From Octopus sinensis (taxonomy: Eukaryota), in contig NC_043012.1 of the NCBI RefSeq assembly GCF_006345805.1, forward strand, positions 44,020,001-44,084,000: 64,000 bases of DNA, written 5' to 3'. Below, piece after piece: positions 11,422 to 23,000 of the stretch. Position 1 is the stretch's first letter; the number at the start of each line of letters is the position of its first letter. The translations under genes were made by a program, and so were the position numbers. The notes beneath the pieces are model-generated. The model ran no database searches and was not told the origin of the DNA. It saw nothing but the letters and a program-made list of their open reading frames with translations.

Positions 11422-12905
11422 GCGTGAGTGTGTGACAGGAAAGTTTTTTACGATGAATATAACACCTATATCCAAGTAGCAGAAAGATAAGACAGTAAGG
11501 TGTGATTTGAGGGAGATTTGGCTGCTATTTCTACCATGTCTAGCTGCCATGTAGGGGTCTCCCTCATAGGCTCATACATAGATATATACATAGATAAGAC
11601 AGTAAGGTGTGATTTGGGGGAAATTTGGCTGCTATTTCTACCAGGTCTTGCTACCATGTAGAGGTCCCCCTCATTGGCTCATATATATATACATACATAA
11701 GACAGTAAGGTGTGATTTGAGGGAGATTTGGCTGCTGTTTCTACCAGGTCTGTTAGGCCTTCTCATGTAAACTCAAGCTTTCTCATGCCTTGAACATAAG
11801 ACCAAAGCAGAGAATGTATTCTTTTATTCTTCTGCTTTTTCCAGCCATTGGTCTGTGGCCATGCTGGGGCAATGCCTTGAAGAATTGTACTTTAATGAAT
11901 CAACTCCAGTTTTATTTTTGTAAGCATTGTACTTATTCTATCTGTTTCCTTTGTCAAACCACTAGGTGACAGGGATGTAAACAAACCAACATTCGTTGTC
12001 AAGCAGTGGTGGAGGACAATCACAAGCACAGACACGCACACACACACACATACATGCATACACATATACACACATACATACATACATACATATATATATA
12101 TGTGTGTATATATATATTGCAGCGTGGAAGGTGTTTGTAAGCCATTTAAGAAACACACAAAAACCGTTACATTCACTTCAACATTTAAATTTAATTTGCC
12201 AAAATATTTTCCTCGCTTTCAGACCGCGACCTGTTCACTGACAAAAATATCGTGCTAACAGGTCGCGGTCTCAAAGCGACGAAAATATTTTGACAAATTA
12301 AATTTAAATGTTGAAGTGAATCTAACGGTTTTTGTGTGTTTCTTAAATGGCTTATAAACACCTTCAACGCTGCAACTGTTTTCGTTCCAGCACACGATCT
12401 CAGATCAAGTCACTTGCTATGCAAGTACATCTCTGTAACTATATATATATATATTATATATATGTATGTATGTTGGTAAAAACAGTAAGATAACAAAAGA
12501 AAGAAAGAGACCTCAATATTATGTAAATAGAGGAAATCTTTATATATAAAAGTGAGGTTGTGTGTCTGTCTCCTACGATTTAGATTCCTAACTACTCCCA
12601 CATTTTGCGGTGCAGTTTAACCAAAACCGGGTATCTTATAGTCGTGATTCATATCAAGACCGTCTGGGTATTAGCGCGCGTCTACGATGAGTCTACGATT
12701 TTAAAAAAAATTTACCATCAATTTTTCCCATTTTTAATCTATTTTTGACATATATAAGGGAAGTAACTCTCTAAAATTTATTATTAAATCTCAGAACGTA
12801 AAAAGCTACAGTAACACCCCTCCCCCTTTGTGGTTAGCCATATTGAGATGGCTATTATACTTTACATCTCTAAAAATGCTTATATAATTATTTCCCTTAC
12901 AAACC
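10979..12905 (+). mobile_element. Composite Helitron, copy 2 (tandem, 3' hairpin missing)
   Basis: Near-identical to 8693-10830; ends at ...cttacaaacc, just before the terminal hairpin would be completed. Confidence 0.85.
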
Positions 12906-14398
12906 TTACTGTTTTTACCAATATACATATATATATATATATATAAATATATATATAGTTACAGAGATGTACTTGCATAGCAAGTGACTTGATCTGAGAT
13001 CGTGTGCTGGAACGAAAACAGTTGCAGCGTTGAAGGTGTTTATAAGCCATTTAAGAAACACACAAAAACCGTTAGATTCACTTCAACATTTAAATTTAAT
13101 TTGTCAAAATATTTTCGTCGCTTTGAGACTGCGACCTGTTAGCACGATATTTTTGTCAGTGAACAGGTCGCGGTCTGAAAGCGAGGAAAATATTTTGGCA
13201 AATTAAATTTAAATGTTGAAGTGAATGTAACGGTTTTTGTGTGTTTCTTAAATGGCTTACAAACACCTTCCACGCTGCAATATATATATACACACATATA
13301 TATATATGTATGTATGTATGTATGTGTGTATATGTGTATGCATGTATGTGTGTGTGTGTGCGTGTCTGTGCTTGTGATTGTCCTCCACCACTGCTTGACA
13401 ACGAATGTTGGTTTGTTTACATCCCTGTCACCTAGTGGTTTGACAAAGGAAACAGATAGAATAAGTACAATGCTTACAAAAATAAAACTGGAGTTGATTC
13501 ATTAAACTACAAATTTTCAAAGCATTGCCCCAGCATGGCCACAGACCAATGGCTGGAAAAAGCAGAAGAATAAAAGAATACATTCTCTGCTTTGGTCATA
13601 CGTTCAAGGCATGAGAAAGCTTGAGTTTACATGAGAAGGCCTAACAGACCTGGTAGAAACAGCAGCCAAATCTCCCTCAAATCACACCTTACTGTCTTAT
13701 GTATGTATATATATATGAGCCAATGAGGGGGACCTCTACATGGTAGCTAGACCTGGTAGAAATAGCAGCCAAATTTCCCCCAAATCACACCTTACTGTCT
13801 TATCTATGTATATATGTATGTATGAGCCTATGAGGGAGACCCCTACATGGCAGCTAGACATGGTAGAAATAGCAGCCAAATCTCCCTCAAATCACACCTT
13901 ACTGTCTTATCTTTCTGCTACTTGGATATAGGTGTTATATTCGTCGTAAAAAACTTTCCTGTCACACACTCACGCACACACACACACACACACACGCACC
14001 CTCACACACGCGCACACCCACACACACACACGCACGTTAGCTTACAATTTTATTTATATAATTGCGTGTCTGTGTGGAAAAGGAAGTGGGAGGCAGAGTG
14101 AAAGAATCACTCACTACAGTAAGTCAATTACTTTCATTTTATTCGTTGCCCACTGTGTGTGTGCGTTTGCGTGTGCTGTAAACCAGACTAAGAAAAGCAT
14201 TTGACACACACACCAGAATGTGAGTTTTCTGTAAATTTTGCTTAACTGGAGTTTAAATTTAAAAAACTGGACCTGGCATGACGCGATGCATTGTACTCTT
14301 AAAAATGCAAGGTAAATTGTAATTGAAGAAATCCTATATTGTAGATTTGTATAACTCCCAAAGGGAGGCAGATAAAATCTGCCTTTTATAATAAGAGA
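12905..14398 (-). mobile_element. Composite Helitron, copy 3 (inverted, partial)
   Basis: Reverse complement of the region equivalent to 8693-10412; 5' TC at 14398. Confidence 0.85.
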
Positions 14399-14566
14399 TA
14401 CATATATACATATATATATATATACATACATATATATATACATACATATATACATATATATATATATACATACATATATACATATATATATATATACATA
14501 CATATATATATACATACATATATATATACATATATATACATACATATATATATATATATACATACA

Positions 14567-14749
14567 TATATAATATAATTCGAGACAAAACCACTATTTT
14601 AAAACCAAACAAGGAAAGACTTAATCAATACATAAAATTTTATTATAAATTAAATAATTTATTTAATTTATATTAAAATTTTATGTATTGATTAAGTCTT
14701 TCCTTGTTTGGTTTTAAAATAGTGGTTTTGTCTCGAATTATATTATATA
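14567..14749. repeat. Near-perfect 183-bp palindrome
   Basis: tatataatataattcgagacaaaaccactattttaaaacc...ggttttaaaatagtggttttgtctcgaattatattatata; the centre is also quasi-palindromic. Confidence 0.95.
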
Positions 14750-15872
14750 ATATTTTACTATAAAATTGGATTTAACACTAAATCTGATTTTTCCCTTTAA
14801 TTTTGGATTCATTCCCTAATATTTATTATACATACATATATATATACATACATACATATATACATACATACATATATATATATACATATATATATATATA
14901 CATATATAATATAACAAATGTGAAAACTAATTTCTCTATGTCCTTGTTACACACTTTGACCCCGTCTCTCTCACTATCCAATGACACTTCCTTGTGCTGG
15001 GGTGAGAATAACAGTAGGCATGGGGACGGTGAGAGTGGTGGTGAAGATAGAAAGAGGAAGAGAGGGAGAAAAAGAGAGACAAAGAAATTTAGGGAGAGTT
15101 GATAATGTTTTATTAAAAGTAGAAGTGTTGATGGTGGCAGTAGGAGTAATAATAAGAGAGAGAGGGAAAGAGTGGGTATGTGAGAGAAAGAGGGAGATGA
15201 TGTACAACTTTCCTGGACAGAAATTCCTGTGGCCAGCATATTGAACCAACTATTGAACACTCATTTCTGTTTTATTTTTTGCTCTCTTAATACATACATA
15301 CATACATATATATATGTATATGTGTGTGCACGCGTGCATGTACATATATACATACACACATACATATAAAATACACTTTAATTGAAATACAGTTTCCCCA
15401 AAATTAAACATATCTAATATAATAAATGTGAATGTCAGTGTGTCACACTTTTCCAGCTTTACTCCTAGAGTCTGTACCCCAACCTATCATACCATTTTGG
15501 AATCAGGCTGAGTAAATTTAAAACATTCCAGGCTGAATCCAGACCTGCAATCCTGAAATTTTGGATTCCTGTTTTCATTACTGCGATTGTTTATTTTTTT
15601 ACATGATTTTTAGCGATGAATGATTGGGATAGGACCCAGAAGGAAGCAATTGCAACAAATTCTCCAAAACAAGTCAAAGATCTGTTTGCAGATCTTCCCA
15701 TTCAGGTTCAGTTGCTTTTAAGCTGATATGTATGTGTATATATATATATATATATATGTTTGTATGTATGTATATATATGTAAATATATATATTATTGTC
15801 TGGGGAGAGTCAATCTCTTTTAGTGCCTTGTTATTTAACACACTCACCAGTTTGATTTCCACTCATTTACTT

Positions 15873-16085
15873 ACTCTTTTACTTGTTTCAGTCATGTAAC
15901 TGTGACCATGCTGGAGCACTGCCTTTAGTCAAGCAAATTGACCCCAGGACTTATTCTTTGTAAGCCTAGTACTTATTCTATAGGTCTCTTTTGCTGAACT
16001 GCTAAGTTATGGGGAAGTAAACACACCAGCATCGGTTGTCAAGCGATGTTGGGGGCGGGGGACAAACACAGACACACAAACATAT

Positions 16086-16128
<43 letters not shown>

Positions 16129-16453
16129 TGTATGTATGTATATATATGTAAATATATATATTATTGTCTGGGGAGAGTCAATCTCTTTTAGTGCCTTGTT
16201 ATTTAACACACTCACCAGTTTGATTTCCACTCATTTACTTACTCTTTTACTTGTTTCAGTCATGTAACTGTGACCATGCTGGAGCACTGCCTTTAGTCAA
16301 GCAAATTGACCCCAGGACTTATTCTTTGTAAGCCTAGTACTTATTCTATAGGTCTCTTTTGCTGAACTGCTAAGTTATGGGGAAGTAAACACACCAGCAT
16401 CGGTTGTCAAGCGATGTTGGGGGCGGGGGACAAACACAGACACACAAACATAT

Positions 16454-16500
<47 letters not shown>

Positions 16501-16660
16501 CATACACATATATATGACGGGCTTCTTTCAGTTTCGGTCTACTAAATCCACTCACAAGGCTTTGGTCGGCCCAAGGCTATAGTAGAAGACAGTTGCCCAA
16601 GGTGCCACACAGTGGGACTGAACCTGGAAGCTACTTACCACACAGCCACACCTGCGCCTA
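15873..16660 (-). mobile_element. SINE family A within a 368-bp tandem duplication
   Basis: Tail and centre present twice (period 368: ttattgtc at 15793 and 16161); head at ~16520-16660. Confidence 0.85.
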
Positions 16661-16719
16661 CTTATTTATTTTTTCTAAAAATTGTGTTGTGCCTTGCAAC
16701 CTCTTCAATAGTCGTTGGA

Positions 16720-16756
16720 CTATTGAAGAGGTTGCAAGAAGCAACGAAAATTTTAG
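16720..16756 (+). ncRNA. Second atypical minimal hammerhead-like motif
   Basis: cta-TTGAAGA-g-gttgc(aagaa)gcaac-GAAA-at-TT-tag; same architecture as 10119-10169 with a different sequence. Confidence 0.45.
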
Positions 16757-17286
16757 AAAAAATAAATAAGTAAATGAGTGGAAACTTTACTGGTGAGTGT
16801 GTTAAGTAATAAGGCACTAAAAGAGAATGACTCTCCCCAGACACAATAAAATATTGGACATTTTATCCTGCAGTTCAGAATTTTCCTAGGATCTCCTGCC
16901 TTGATCTGTTTTGAAATATCATTACCACAAACTTACCTCGTAACTGTTATGGGATTATAGCAGCATACATCACAACCATAATGAACATTCCAAAATAGAA
17001 CTTTTATTGTTCTCTAGTGATTCAAATTCCTTAAAGCATTTTCTCCATCTACAGTGTTTCTTTTATCTTTTGCTTGTTTCAGTCATTTGACTATAGCCAT
17101 GCTGGTGCACTGCCTTGAAGGGTTACTGTTGAGCAAAGTAACCCTAAGATTTTTTTTAAGCCGGGTACTTATTCCATTGTTCTCTTTTGCTGAGCCACTA
17201 AGTAATGGGAATGTAAACACACCAACACCAGTTGCTAAGTGGTGGTGGGGGACAAACACAGGTACAAAGACACACACATGTATATA

Positions 17287-19248
17287 TTAGAGTGGAGCAA
17301 AAAATGCAACTTTCAAAATATCAAGAATCGATATTTTTCTGCAGATTACGGTTAAAAGAAAGGTGTATAAAGAACCCTGCAGTGAAATATTTTTTCAGGC
17401 TTCACAACACAATTGAAAATTTTTTAATTCGTTATTTTTGGTCAAATTTTGTAACGAATGCATATTTCTACATAGCAGAATGCAAAGCAGTAAATATAGT
17501 ATCCATAATAGGTTGCATACCAAGTTTCAATACAAGTGACCAATATCTTGAGGTTCCACGTTGACCATAAAGAGAACAGTAGTGGGAACTTCTCTCCAGT
17601 GCTGCTGCGATGGTCATTGTGTGTGGACATACATCATACGTGTGTGAAGTTTTCTGCTTTGTATCTTGACTTTAGGTCATTGTATCAAAATGATCGTGTT
17701 AAATTAAATGTTGTTTACATTTGGTGATAACTCATAAACCAATAATGCATCATGATACTGAATGCCCAATATTTAATACTTCATATGATCTTAGCGAATG
17801 AGTTTTGCCAGCTTACAAGGATGTACTAAAATGTTTTATTTGAATAAGAAAAAGAAAAAAATGTAGTTAAGAGAGATCCTTCAATTAAACAAATTATCAA
17901 GATTGTAGCAGAAAAGATAATTCTTCTTTGGCAAAAGGCATCCTTCCCTAGTGTTACAATTCAGTCAGTTAAACTAAAAATCTTAAACTTTTTATCTGAA
18001 GTACCAATTCACAATTTAACACAAACTTTTCCTTGGAAACTGGGGCTTTAAATGTATTCAAGATGATTGAGAAATGGATCAAGTGGTGGAGGACATTGTA
18101 TTTCCAGTTATTCAATGGAATACTTTCTTTGTGCACCCAGAAAATATTTTACTGGCCATGATGAATGGAGTCACATTCGAGAACTAGCAAGGAGCTGCAT
18201 AAAACAGGCTCAAACACAGTATAAAGGGAAATCTGTGTGATCATTCATAATTCCAATCCTAAACTTTGCTGCATCAAATTACATGGACACAAATAACTGG
18301 TAGGACACAATTGTTACTGAACTACCTCCAACACAGGCATTTTTTGATGAAGAAATTAACACTTTCATTCATTTGATGCAACTAGGAAAATTACCATGCC
18401 ACACCCAAGCTGTGTAAAACTTGTGACAGAGGTATCATCTAATGTTTGTGGTGAGAACAGTCAAGATGGTTTCATTAGGAAATGAATCAAATCAAAAGAA
18501 AAAATTCTGATGTTCAACACAAAAAAAAGCACTTCAAATTGAAAGGTAATACAGCAATAATCGATTAGAATTGTTTAGTTTTAGCTATTTTGAACATAAA
18601 CAAACAATTATCATATTATGTCGTTTTAGGAATTTCCAAAACAACAAACCTTTGTTCCATTCTTTATTTGAGAGTGAGTGGCTAATTCTTGTCTATGAAA
18701 AAAATTAATTGGCTTTATTACTGGAATGAAAAGGAATGCACTACAACGATTTGTATTCTTTAGTTACATGAAATTACTTCGAATAAATTGGAAATGTTAA
18801 TTGATTTTATCACCAAAATGTGTCAAGAATCAAAAATTGGTTTACACGTTAGTGCATGTAACACATATATTCAGTAACCTACTGTTAAAAATAATAAAGA
18901 AAACAAAGTTGAAAAGTCTATTTATTCGAAATTTCTGGTATGTTGCGGAGCCTGAAGATATAAATTTTAGAGGTTGAGATTTTAACTTGTTTTTAAAGGA
19001 TTTTGCAAAAGAAAATTGATTCCTAACAATGAATGTCAAAAATAAAATGAGGAATGGCAAACGTGTTATAAATTGGTTTTCTGCTCATTATTCAAAATTT
19101 CAAGTAGGCTGTGGAGCCTGAAGATGTAAATTTAAGAACTTCAGATTTTAACAGTTGTTTTTAAAGGATTTTGCAAAAAAAAAAAATATATTCTTGAAAA
19201 TGTATTTCGAAAATCTGTGTAAAAAGTACCTTTTTTGCTCCACCCTAA
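17287..19248 (+). mobile_element. Degenerate TIR DNA transposon inserted into the (TA)n centre of a SINE (SINE parts at ~17055-17280 and ~19250-19420, minus strand)
   Basis: TIRs ttagagtggagcaaaaaa / ttttttgctccaccctaa flanked by TA. Decayed plus-strand transposase remnants LWQKASFP, HPENILLAM, IPILNFAASNY, LPCHTQAV..KLVTEVS..VCGENSQDGFIR. Confidence 0.75.
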
Positions 19249-19936
19249 TATATATGTATGACAGGCTTCTTTCAGTTTCTACCAAATTCATTCGCAAGGC
19301 TTTGGTTGGCCCATGGTTATAGTAGAAGACACTTGTCCAAGGTGTCACACAGTGAGACTGAAGCTAGAGCTATGTGGTTGGGAAGAAAGTTTCTTACCAC
19401 ACAGCCATACTTGCACCTATAAATACAAAAATATATGTCATAATCTAATCTGATACCAGTTATTTGCTTGTCTGTATTTTTATTCTATGTATGTGTGTGT
19501 GTATGTAAAATTTTCACTTTCCACACAAATAAATACAATACATACATTCATATACACACATACATATACTTGGTAATAAGATACACTTGTATTCCAGAGG
19601 GTGCATAATAATTAGTCTCAGTAAAGCATTTTGAAAATGCAACAAAAATGTTTTGGATGAAAGAATTGACAGAAAAAGCAAAGCCTTTATATACAATTCA
19701 AAGAAAAATTGCATGATCTTCCACTACACTGCTTGATGAGAGGTCTTTGAGAAGAAGACCTCTCATTAGGAAGTGTAAAATGACAGAATCCATCAGTGAC
19801 CAGCAATTCTTGAGGTTGAATACAGAACTGTCAAAAATGGACAAATGTCCCCAAAAAAGGGACACAATTATATCCAACTAGGTGAAACTGTTCCATAGGG
19901 GAAATGTGCCTCAAAGTGTTCAGTATAGAATTAAGG

Positions 19937-20430
19937 GTGGAATTCTGGTTTAAGCACCCCATATAAACCCTCATAATTTTTGTTTTTAATATTTGTAATC
20001 TTCAGAAAACTTCTGCAAATTTGTGTCCTATACAAGGGAATTCACAGAATTATGAAAAAATTTTTTCTTCAATTTTTTAACCCTCTTCACCTCATATATC
20101 CTAAAATTTCCACTCTTTTTTTAATCTTTTTAAATATCAGAATTTAAAATATGGACAGTTCAAGTATTTTATGGGGAGAAAAATACTGAAGAGTACTGAA
20201 AAACATCAATACATGTCAGAATGACAAAGAAACAAGGAAGGTATCAGCTGGTCATGAGATGTGCTAAAAATAACAGCTAAATTGCCCTTAAATCACACAA
20301 AAAAATTCTTTTATATCATCATATGAATTCCCATATGTAGAACACAAATTTGTAAAAATTTTCTGAAAATTTCCAAAAATAAAGAATTTATGAGAGGTTA
20401 TATGGAGCACTTAAACCAGAATTCTACTGA
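19937..20430. mobile_element. MITE with long imperfect TIRs
   Basis: gtggaattctggtttaagcaccccatataaaccctcataa pairs with ttatgagaggttatatggagcacttaaaccagaattctac; further subterminal complementarity. Confidence 0.7.
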
Positions 20431-20599
20431 ATTAACTTCCTAGGAAATATATATATTTTGCAATATGACACTTCCATACTTTACATGGAACACCATTTTT
20501 AATCTTAGAGAGGTATTTTTTTACCAAATATGTTCAACAAGTCTCCATAAAATTGTAAATGGCTATGACATGAAAACATGGTAAAAAAATGTAAAATTG

Positions 20600-20940
20600 G
20601 TGATGATGGTTGTATAACTGGCACAAAATCAGTTACAATGATGAGGGTTCCAGTTGATCCAATCAACAGAACAGCCTACTCCTGAAATTAACGTGCAAGT
20701 GGTTGAGTACTCCACAGACGTGTGTTCCCTTAATGTGGTTCTCAGGGAGATCCAGCATAACACAAGATGCGACAAGGTTGGCCCTTTGAAATACAGTTAC
20801 TATTCATTTTTGTCAGCTGAGTCGACTGGAGCAAAGTGAAATAAAGTGTTTTGCTGAAGGACACAAAGCATCACTGGGAATTGAACTCATGGCCTTACAG
20901 TTGTGAGCTCAATACTCCTACCCATGAAGACATACACCTT
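20600..20940 (-). mobile_element. SINE family B
   Basis: gagggttccagttgatccaatcaac...gaaataaagtgttttgctgaaggacac...gggaattgaactc; homologous to 27812-28135. Confidence 0.8.
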
Positions 20941-21079
20941 GACACCTGATGGTTATATATTTACTAGTGAATACCAGCAGAAAATCAACTTATGGTAAAT
21001 TGTATGGAGAGGAATAACTCTATAATAAAGCACATACTCCTTTTTCTCATTTAATATATGATACATATAAATACAAATT

Positions 21080-21455
21080 AGTGGCTGTGTAGTAAGAGAT
21101 TGACTTCCCAACCTCATGGTTCTGGGCTCAGTCCATTGCATGGCACTTTGGGCAAGTGTCTCCCATTGTAGCCTCAAGCTGACCAAAGCCTTGTAAGTGG
21201 TTTCAGTACACAGAAACTGAAAGAAGCTTGTTTTGTATACATATATAAGTGTGTGTCTTTGTGTCTGTGTTTGTGCCCTGCCACTACTTGACAACCGGCA
21301 TAGGGGTGTTTATGTCCCAATAACTTAGCAGTTCAGCAATAGAATAAGTATCGGGCTTAAAAGAAATAAGTGTTGGGGTTGATTTCTTCAACTAAAATTC
21401 TTCAAGGCAGTGCTCCAGCATGGCCACAGTCTGACGACTGAAACAAGTAAAAGGA
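21080..21455 (+). mobile_element. SINE family A (degenerate)
   Basis: Head gtggctgtgtagtaag, CORE-like ttgggcaagtgtc, tail gactgaaacaagtaaaagg. Confidence 0.85.
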
Positions 21456-22612
21456 TAAAGAGGTAACTAAACAAAATGTTTTCAGACGGTTAAAGTTTTG
21501 AACATTTCCACTCAATAGTCACTTAGCTAAACATCTTACTTGATGCTTTTAAGAAATAATGAAAGTATCAGAGCTGAACTGCCTAAATGACCGAGAGTAG
21601 TTCTACAACAGTCTAACATAGTGAAATTACTATAGCAAACATATATTTCGCACACACACATACACTGATTAAGGTATGTAGGAAGGTAAGTAAACACTGA
21701 GATAGTGTTTTTCTCATTATCTGTTTCTTTGATGAGGAATAATTATCTAACATTGCTTTCTCCAGAGAAAAATCAATTTCTCCCATGAGACCAAAATGAA
21801 ATTGAATAATTACAAATCATTTCTTGTAACTTATGGCTACATAGCATTTGTAGCTATAACATCCATTAATAGTAATTCATATTTGCCATGGATAATAATT
21901 ACAATCAATACTCTTAGCTGTGCAATCCAAAATTTGTGCAGTTAGTAAAATCTGGTTCCAGATGGTTTTGACAATGAATCATCATTCAACAATCTTTTCT
22001 ATTGCCTTCCAGAACAAGTAGTAACAGAAAAAAAAAAATAACAGAAAACAAAAAAACAAATTCGATTTGTTGATAATTATTTATAAAAGAAATAATATTT
22101 CTGTTGGTTGCATCTATAAATATCCACTTGGTTTTTAGGATTTTCTTCATGATTTTTAAATATAATACAAAGTAGAGATTTTGTTCTGAAACCAGAATGG
22201 TTAAATGTAACTCATTAATCATCACTTCTCAATCATATGGATTTGATGTTGCTGAAGATGACCATACAGTCAAGGTCTCTTTGTGCCATCTCCATCAGAG
22301 ACAGAAACAGTGCAAAAATTAATTCTGCTTCCTTTAACTTCTCTAACAATATAACTTGTTAGACATTCATGAACTAGCATATGTAGGTGCAGTAAGAGAT
22401 GGAGAAAACGATTAGAAAAGCAAATATTACTATAAAGGAGAGAAATCGATTGCAACGGAAACGGACCACCTTCATAAACTGTTCCCGAAATCTTGCTTCA
22501 CAAACATCTCATTCAACCCTGCACAAACAGGCAAGTTTAATATAATTTACCTGTAACAGAGTTACAGAAATTATTTTAATCAATTTTTGTAACTTTCATA
22601 CAAAATTTTCAG

Positions 22613-23000
22613 CCATCATCATCATCATCGTTTTACATCCGTTTTCCATGCTAGCATGGGTTGGATGGTTCGACCGGGGTCTGTGAAGCCAGGGTTTTGC
22701 ACCAGGCTCCAGTCTGATCTGGCAGTGTTTCTACAGCTATATGCCCTTCCTAACGCCAACCACTCTATGAGTGTAGTGGGTGCTTTTTACGTGCCACCAG
22801 GGGAGCCTGGCAATGGCCATGATCGGTTGGTGCTTTTTACGGGCCACCGGCACGGGTATCACAACTACAATTTCCATTTGATTTTTTGATGTTGATGTAC
22901 TTGACTCAATAGGTCTCCACAAGCACAGCAGGCCGCCCTGCACTCCAAGGCACTTTAGATGGTCTGGGGCTTCTATGTAAAGCTGGTGCAAGAAACAGCC
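22613..23000 (-). mobile_element. RTE-type 3'UTR with (GAT)n tail
   Basis: (cat)n followed by cgttttacatccgttttccatgctagcatgggttggatgg...ccagtctgatctggcagtgtttctacag. Confidence 0.8.

Larger units (their letters stand above)
15787..16853. mobile_element. Fold-back element interrupted by a SINE in its left arm
   Basis: 15787-15872 plus 16660-16713 are the reverse complement of 16718-16853; apex ttcaatagtc-gttg-gactattgaa. Confidence 0.8.

Noticed and set aside
14114-14612. Long YIYI/MYVC-type ORFs here and at ~24360-24650, 39710-40139, 55839-56118, 57487-57735
   Set aside because: Translations of (AT)n/(AC)n microsatellites, not genes.
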